Below, piece by piece: positions 59,299 to 64,000 of a DNA stretch of 64,000 bases. Below the pieces are notes generated by a model. It did not search any database and was not told the DNA's origin. It saw nothing but the letters and a program-made list of their open reading frames with translations. The stretch's first letter is position 1. Every line of letters starts with the position of its first letter. Both the position numbers and the translations under genes were made by a program. The stretch is from a virus: the IMG/VR virus record IMGVR_UViG_3300046837_000274, one strand, 5' to 3'.

Positions 59299-60149
59299 AG
59301 GATTTCCTCCACTTCGAAAGCCGCCGAATGAATCTTCCACGTTAGCTGCTTGATCGGATCCATCTTCCGCAGCCTCCCAAGCAGATTGCGCTTGAAGAAG
59401 TATTGATCGTCCATGTCCGGAATGACCACCACCTGACCGCTGTTCTTGGCGACGCGCTGGATTTCAAAGATCACGCCGAACGATTCTTGATGCGTCAGCG
59501 CACCGAACGAGAAGGAAAAGACCCGTGCACTCGGGCGCGGATCGAAGAAGAGCACCCCGCCGAGCGACTGTTCCTCCACGTCCCGCGCTTCCCAGATCGT
59601 TGTTGAATTGAACTCGAAACTGTGCGGAGGCTGCCATAGCTGCCCCATCCAGAGGCGCGAAATCTGCACATAGCCCGCCGCGTTCGCGGTGTCGGTGATC
59701 TGGATCGACCAGTAGCGCGCCTGATAGTTCGCTCCCGCATCGTGCCAGAGCGAGGACGGGTAGTTGGCGATGTTCGAATCGACAGCGTAGCCCAGCCACC
59801 ACGAGTCATATTCGAACTCAAGGTCACCCGGAAGGAAGACCGGCGGCCACACCGGCTGCGCCCCGCTGCTGTAGACGTCAGACCCACCGGGCGTCGTGCC
59901 GGCGTAAACGGTGTAGGTCGCCGCAGAAGAAAAATTGTGCCGGATCAGGCCGAGCATGCGGATGTTGACGTTGGTGGCCAGGAGATCGAGGCGGATCAGG
60001 GTCGAGGCGGCGAGCGCGTTGGTAGAGCGCGCGACCCTCGACATCAGCGGGTCCTGCAAGTTCGTCAGCGGCAACGTCGAAACCCAGGAGCCCGCCGACA
60101 GCGTTGCGGCATCGGACAGGTTCTGGAACGAGATGCCGATGGATTTCAT
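59295..60149 (-). CDS. tail/baseplate structural protein, hypothetical
   Basis: 284-aa ORF between the large tail protein and the fibre genes. Confidence 0.5.
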   Translation of the reverse strand: MKSIGISFQNLSDAATLSAGSWVSTLPLTNLQDPLMSRVARSTNALAASTLIRLDLLATNVNIRMLGLIRHNFSSAATYTVYAGTTPGGSDVYSSGAQPVWPPVFLPGDLEFEYDSWWLGYAVDSNIANYPSSLWHDAGANYQARYWSIQITDTANAAGYVQISRLWMGQLWQPPHSFEFNSTTIWEARDVEEQSLGGVLFFDPRPSARVFSFSFGALTHQESFGVIFEIQRVAKNSGQVVVIPDMDDQYFFKRNLLGRLRKMDPIKQLTWKIHSAAFEVEEIL

Positions 60150-60161
60150 GGCGGCAGACTA

Positions 60162-61802
60162 TCAGCCCCACAGGTCGAGTGTGAGTTCGTTCTTCCGCCC
60201 GTCGCTGGCGATGCCGACGACGATGAATGACTTCCCCGCCGAATATCCCAGCCGGTTCGTCATCAGTTGAACAACCGAGCCGAGGTCAATCGCGGCTTTG
60301 GTCTGGTCAAGCCGCACCGTTGCCTTGACGAAATCCCGGCGCACTTTGTGCAGTGCCAGCACGCGGGCGCATTCCGCATTGACGTCCGCCACGACGGTCA
60401 TGCAGGTGTCGCGGTAGAGCCTTGCCGCCAGGAGATGCAGCGTCAGCACCGAATTGTCGAACTGGTTCGCGGTGCGGAACTCGCTGCTGATGTCGGCCGC
60501 CACCGCTGCTGACAACGAGCCAGCGACTTCTTTGCTGGCGAGCGCCCCCGCATACCGCTTGTAGCGGAGGAAGACCGAGAACACCGGAACGCCTGCGGTC
60601 GGGTCGGATGTGGCTTCGCTGTCAACCGCGATCAGGTCCACATCCGTGAAGCTCGCCACAGGCGCGCCTACAGGCGCGACAAGCTGGGCGATGCTCCACG
60701 TGTTGATGCGCGTCGGAGCCAGCCAGCAGCCCCCGGACAGCAGCACCGCATCGATTGCCGCCTGCACCGTGTTGCCGATCCCCACCGTCGAAGCCAGCAC
60801 CGGACGCAGGAGCGTCGATTGCGGGGCCGCTGATGTGGAGCCCGTCTGCCCCGGTCCGACGCAGACCCCGCACTGCGCCGGGAACGAGATGTCGAGGGCG
60901 GCGAAGCTCGCATCGCAGGCTGCGGCGGCGATCCCCGCGCGCTGCGTCAGTATCCGCTTGACGATACCCGCCACCGTGCTGACGTAGCCGCCCGCGTTGT
61001 CGCCCCTGACATGGGCTGTGGTGCGCACCGGGATCGCGTTCAGCCGGAAGAGCCCGAGCGCGTTGCACGTCATGTAGCGGCCCGCCAGGAACACCGCTGA
61101 TTGCAGGGCGGCGAGGTTGGCTACGTCCCCGGCAAAGATCAGCGGCACCCCCACATCGAACACTGCATCGATGCCCTGCACCGCCCCGTCATGCACTTGG
61201 TAAATCAGGAGCCCGGTGTTCACGCACACCGCAGGCACGTGATAGCACTGGCCGTAGGTGAGCGGCTTCGGCTGGCCGATGATGTCATCGACCGTTCCCT
61301 CGGCTCCGGTCATCGGCGTGGAGGGCGGGGAGCCGGGATTGTTGTTGCCCAGGTAGAGCGTCTGCTGCAACGGGATCGACAGCAACATGAGGTTGTCGCG
61401 CAACCGCAACGTGACCTTGGTCGCCCCCACCTCGGCCTGCTCGATGGTGCCATTGATGAAGGTGGTGAAGGCCGAGGGGTAAGCCCCGTCCTGCGGCCCC
61501 ACCCGGACGATGCACGAGCGCCCGTCAAGCCCGTAGTTCATCAGCGGGCACAGTGCCTGATCGGCATTGTTGAGAACCATCTCGCCGTAGCCCTCGGTCG
61601 TGCCTCCCATGATGCGGGCGTCCGAGAAGGCGGTGCGGGTGAAGTTGCACGGCTGCACGATGCGCGGTTCGAACAGCGTGTTGGCAGGCGTCTCGCTGGG
61701 CTTGGTGACATAGCCGACGCCGGAACAGTAGCGCAGCACCCGCGTGCCGGTGATGCCTGGGTCGTAGGCGGTAATCTCGGCGAGGTAGATTTGATCAGCC
61801 AC
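60162..61802 (-). CDS. tail tip / distal tail structural protein, hypothetical
   Basis: 546-aa ORF, second gene after the tape measure. N-terminal 'IYLAEITAYDPGITGTRVLRYCSGVGYVT' resembles phage minor tail proteins. Confidence 0.5.
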   Translation of the reverse strand: MADQIYLAEITAYDPGITGTRVLRYCSGVGYVTKPSETPANTLFEPRIVQPCNFTRTAFSDARIMGGTTEGYGEMVLNNADQALCPLMNYGLDGRSCIVRVGPQDGAYPSAFTTFINGTIEQAEVGATKVTLRLRDNLMLLSIPLQQTLYLGNNNPGSPPSTPMTGAEGTVDDIIGQPKPLTYGQCYHVPAVCVNTGLLIYQVHDGAVQGIDAVFDVGVPLIFAGDVANLAALQSAVFLAGRYMTCNALGLFRLNAIPVRTTAHVRGDNAGGYVSTVAGIVKRILTQRAGIAAAACDASFAALDISFPAQCGVCVGPGQTGSTSAAPQSTLLRPVLASTVGIGNTVQAAIDAVLLSGGCWLAPTRINTWSIAQLVAPVGAPVASFTDVDLIAVDSEATSDPTAGVPVFSVFLRYKRYAGALASKEVAGSLSAAVAADISSEFRTANQFDNSVLTLHLLAARLYRDTCMTVVADVNAECARVLALHKVRRDFVKATVRLDQTKAAIDLGSVVQLMTNRLGYSAGKSFIVVGIASDGRKNELTLDLWG

Positions 61803-62064
61803 GGGGCAGGGCCAGGGCGCGGAGCAGCGTCACGGTGGCCAGGGCGCGCCACCCCTTCTCCACATCCACCCCGTTCTTGCCTGCTGAGCGCAGCATCACT
61901 CCGAGCGCGTCGGCCACAAGCACCATCAACGTGCCCTGCGAGAGGCCGGGGTGTTCAGTGAGCAGGTGCAGCGCCAGCCGGTGCGCGCACTCCTCGCGGT
62001 CGCTGTTGTGGCCCGCCGCGTTGGCGTCGGCGATGATCCCGGCCAGCACCGCCTCGATGCTCAC
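61795..62064 (-). CDS. hypothetical protein
   Basis: 89-aa ORF with ATGA overlap with the tape-measure stop. Confidence 0.4.
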   Translation of the reverse strand: MSIEAVLAGIIADANAAGHNSDREECAHRLALHLLTEHPGLSQGTLMVLVADALGVMLRSAGKNGVDVEKGWRALATVTLLRALALPRG

Positions 62065-64000
62065 TTCGCCACCGCCCTCCGCAGCGTCGAGCGGAGGTCT
62101 TGGATGTCCGTCCGCATCAGCCGGATTTCATCGCGTATCACCCCGCCCACCTGGGCGAAGGCGGAAGTCACATCCGAGCCGGACTCATGGCTGGATGGCC
62201 CGCTTCCACCCATCACGCTCACGCCAAGCTTGCCGCTGCTGTCTCGGGTAAGCGGCATGATCGCCTCCGGACCCGCCTCGCCGAACAGCGCGATGGGCGC
62301 ATAAGTCCGCTGATTGAAGATGCCGCCGCTGGCGAACGGGATCACCCTGCCGTGGGAGAACACGCCCCCGAGCGCATAGCCTGCCCCACCGGCATCGCCA
62401 GGACCGGCTTGGCTAAGATCAGCAGGATTGGAACCGCCGCCCGCAAGGTTCGCCTCTCTGCCCGCGTTCTCGCCACCGCCGTAGGAGTTGGTGGCGATCA
62501 CCCCGGTGTTGTAAGCGGTCAGGCTGGTTTGATAATTGATGGCGTCAAGAACGAGTTTGATTTCGCCGAAGATGCCGTCGAGCGTGTCGCTGATGTGGAC
62601 GGTCAGCGCCTCGGTCGTGGTCACGTCCTGCACGATGCTCTTGTAGAGCGAGTCGCTGGTGATGATCTCATCGCCGATATTGGCAAGCGACTGGTAGATT
62701 TGTTTCCAGATCGTGTCTTCCGTCACCAGGGAGACGCCGATATTGGAAATCGACTGCTGGATGTCCTTCAGGATCGGATCGCCCGAAATCGTGTCGGCAC
62801 CGGCATTGGTGACCAGCTGCGTGATCTTCTTCAGCAGATCGTCTGGCGTAATCTCCGACGCCCCGGTGTCCGTCAGGTTCTGCGTTATCGTCTTGGTAAC
62901 ATCATCGGTCGGGAACGCGGTGCCGAGGGTCTTCAGCGTCTGCGTGACCTGTTGCAGCACGGCTGGATCGAGGTCCGCCAGCTTGAACGCCTGCACATAC
63001 TGGTCCGGCGTCATCCCCTGCATCGACTGGTCGATGGTCTGAATGACCTCCGGGCTCAATCCAGCCAGCGCCATGATGCGGTCGAATTCGGTGTTGGTTA
63101 GCTGCCTCCCCATCTGCTCCTCGACCGTGTGCAGCACCGTCTCCGAGACTTGCAGCTTGGCCTTGTCGGTGTCCGAGAGCGCCATCAGCGTCTCGCTGAT
63201 CCGGCGCACGACATCCAGTTCCACATTGACGTCGATGGAGCCGCCGAGCGCCTGGAGCGCCTTCAGGATTTCGGCGTTGTAGTCCACGGTTGCCGGAAGG
63301 CCCGTCAGCGTCTCTTTGATCATACTGACCACGTTCTGATATCCGGCACCGCTGCCGAACATCGCCTTGGCCGCCTGCAGGAGATTGTCGGCATTGGAAG
63401 TGATGTTCCCGAGCGCCGTCTGGTCCCCCGATTTGGCGAGCGCCAACTGCTGGCCATAGATCGTTGAGGCGGCGGCATACTGGTCGATGGGCGAGGCCCC
63501 GGCTGCGTTGGTGGAATTCAGCTTGTCGATGTAAGCCTGAATAGACTGACCGGCGTTGTTCAGCGCACTGGTCGAATTGTTGACCGCATCTGTGGTCGCC
63601 GCCAGCGCGTCGCGCTCCTTCTGCTGCGCGTCTCCCAGCAGGGTGTAGGCTTTCACCATCTCATCGATGGTCGCGCCGTGTGACTTCATGAAAGCCTGAA
63701 GAGCGAGTTGATCTTCGTATTGCTTCTCGATCAGCGAGGCCATGTCAGCCGCCGCCTTCTTCGCGGGATCGAGCGCCGCCTCCGCGTTCATGACTTCCAG
63801 TTGCAGGCTGGCGGTCTTCTGCCGGATCGACTCTGCGTTGTCTGCGGCTGCCGCCTTGGCCTGCTCCGCGAGCGCGGCGGTCAGATCGTCGATGTAGGGC
63901 TTGGCGTCATCAGCCGTGACCCCGAGCGCGGTCAGGGTGTCGGTCAGGCTCTTGACCGCAGCGGCATTGTCCTGTGTCGCCTTCAGCACCCCGGCTTCAT
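62061..64000 (-). CDS. tail tape measure protein, partial (N-terminus beyond window end)
   Basis: Frame open to base 64000. More than 640 aa of Ala/Leu/Gln/Asp helical repeats ('VTQTLKTLG', 'ITQNLTDTG', 'ITQLVTNAG', 'IQQSISNIG'). C-terminal 'LFGEAGPEAIMPL' is typical of tape measures. Confidence 0.8.
   Translation of the reverse strand, partial: EAGVLKATQDNAAAVKSLTDTLTALGVTADDAKPYIDDLTAALAEQAKAAAADNAESIRQKTASLQLEVMNAEAALDPAKKAAADMASLIEKQYEDQLALQAFMKSHGATIDEMVKAYTLLGDAQQKERDALAATTDAVNNSTSALNNAGQSIQAYIDKLNSTNAAGASPIDQYAAASTIYGQQLALAKSGDQTALGNITSNADNLLQAAKAMFGSGAGYQNVVSMIKETLTGLPATVDYNAEILKALQALGGSIDVNVELDVVRRISETLMALSDTDKAKLQVSETVLHTVEEQMGRQLTNTEFDRIMALAGLSPEVIQTIDQSMQGMTPDQYVQAFKLADLDPAVLQQVTQTLKTLGTAFPTDDVTKTITQNLTDTGASEITPDDLLKKITQLVTNAGADTISGDPILKDIQQSISNIGVSLVTEDTIWKQIYQSLANIGDEIITSDSLYKSIVQDVTTTEALTVHISDTLDGIFGEIKLVLDAINYQTSLTAYNTGVIATNSYGGGENAGREANLAGGGSNPADLSQAGPGDAGGAGYALGGVFSHGRVIPFASGGIFNQRTYAPIALFGEAGPEAIMPLTRDSSGKLGVSVMGGSGPSSHESGSDVTSAFAQVGGVIRDEIRLMRTDIQDLRSTLRRAVAK

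Overview
High-GC window that is, end to end, one tailed-phage genome (prophage or episome). I saw no host housekeeping genes, rRNA, tRNA or CRISPR. The virion genes are HK97-type (portal, protease, capsid) with GTA/TP901-1-type head-tail and tail genes. A GcrA-like regulator and a PEP-CTERM cargo gene suggest an alphaproteobacterial host (inference).

Six transcription blocks:
1. Minus 19090->1, late operon: Zn-ribbon HNH, ParB-like, two GT-A-like paralogs, terS, terL, portal, protease, capsid, a ~4.8 kb accessory insertion, head-tail joining genes, major tail, and a chaperone ending in a -1 frameshift site.
2. Minus 29269->19497, about 30 small early genes: an amidoligase-HTH-GGCT cassette, DUF932, a DUF6011-like protein, a lipoprotein moron, a GcrA-like HTH and two HNH-type nucleases.
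3. Plus 29883->35639: small genes and an SNF2 helicase.
4. Minus 42590->35606: RuvC-like resolvase, a replication initiator with internal iterons, an MT-A70 methyltransferase and a ParB-like protein.
5. Plus 42862->49103: Gp157-like protein, HNH homing endonuclease, Zn-ribbon protein, RecT and MarR.
6. Minus 64000->49203: tape measure (partial), tail and baseplate proteins, a 1271-aa fibre, three tandem fibre paralogs, and PEP-CTERM plus secreted cargo genes.

Most notable observations:
- Three glycosyltransferase-like and two SAM-methyltransferase-like genes are interleaved with, and translationally coupled to, the head-tail joining genes. Two more GT-A-like paralogs sit just upstream of terS.
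- An amidoligase/GGCT pair lies in the early region.
- One promoter-leader cassette is repeated three times on both strands.
- No integrase or att site is present, and the tail module is split across the two window ends.

Many first-start ORF calls in the supplied track are too long. Genes are chained by ATGA/GTGA/TTGA stop-start overlaps, and I used these to reset starts. All family names come from motif recognition by eye; no searches were run.
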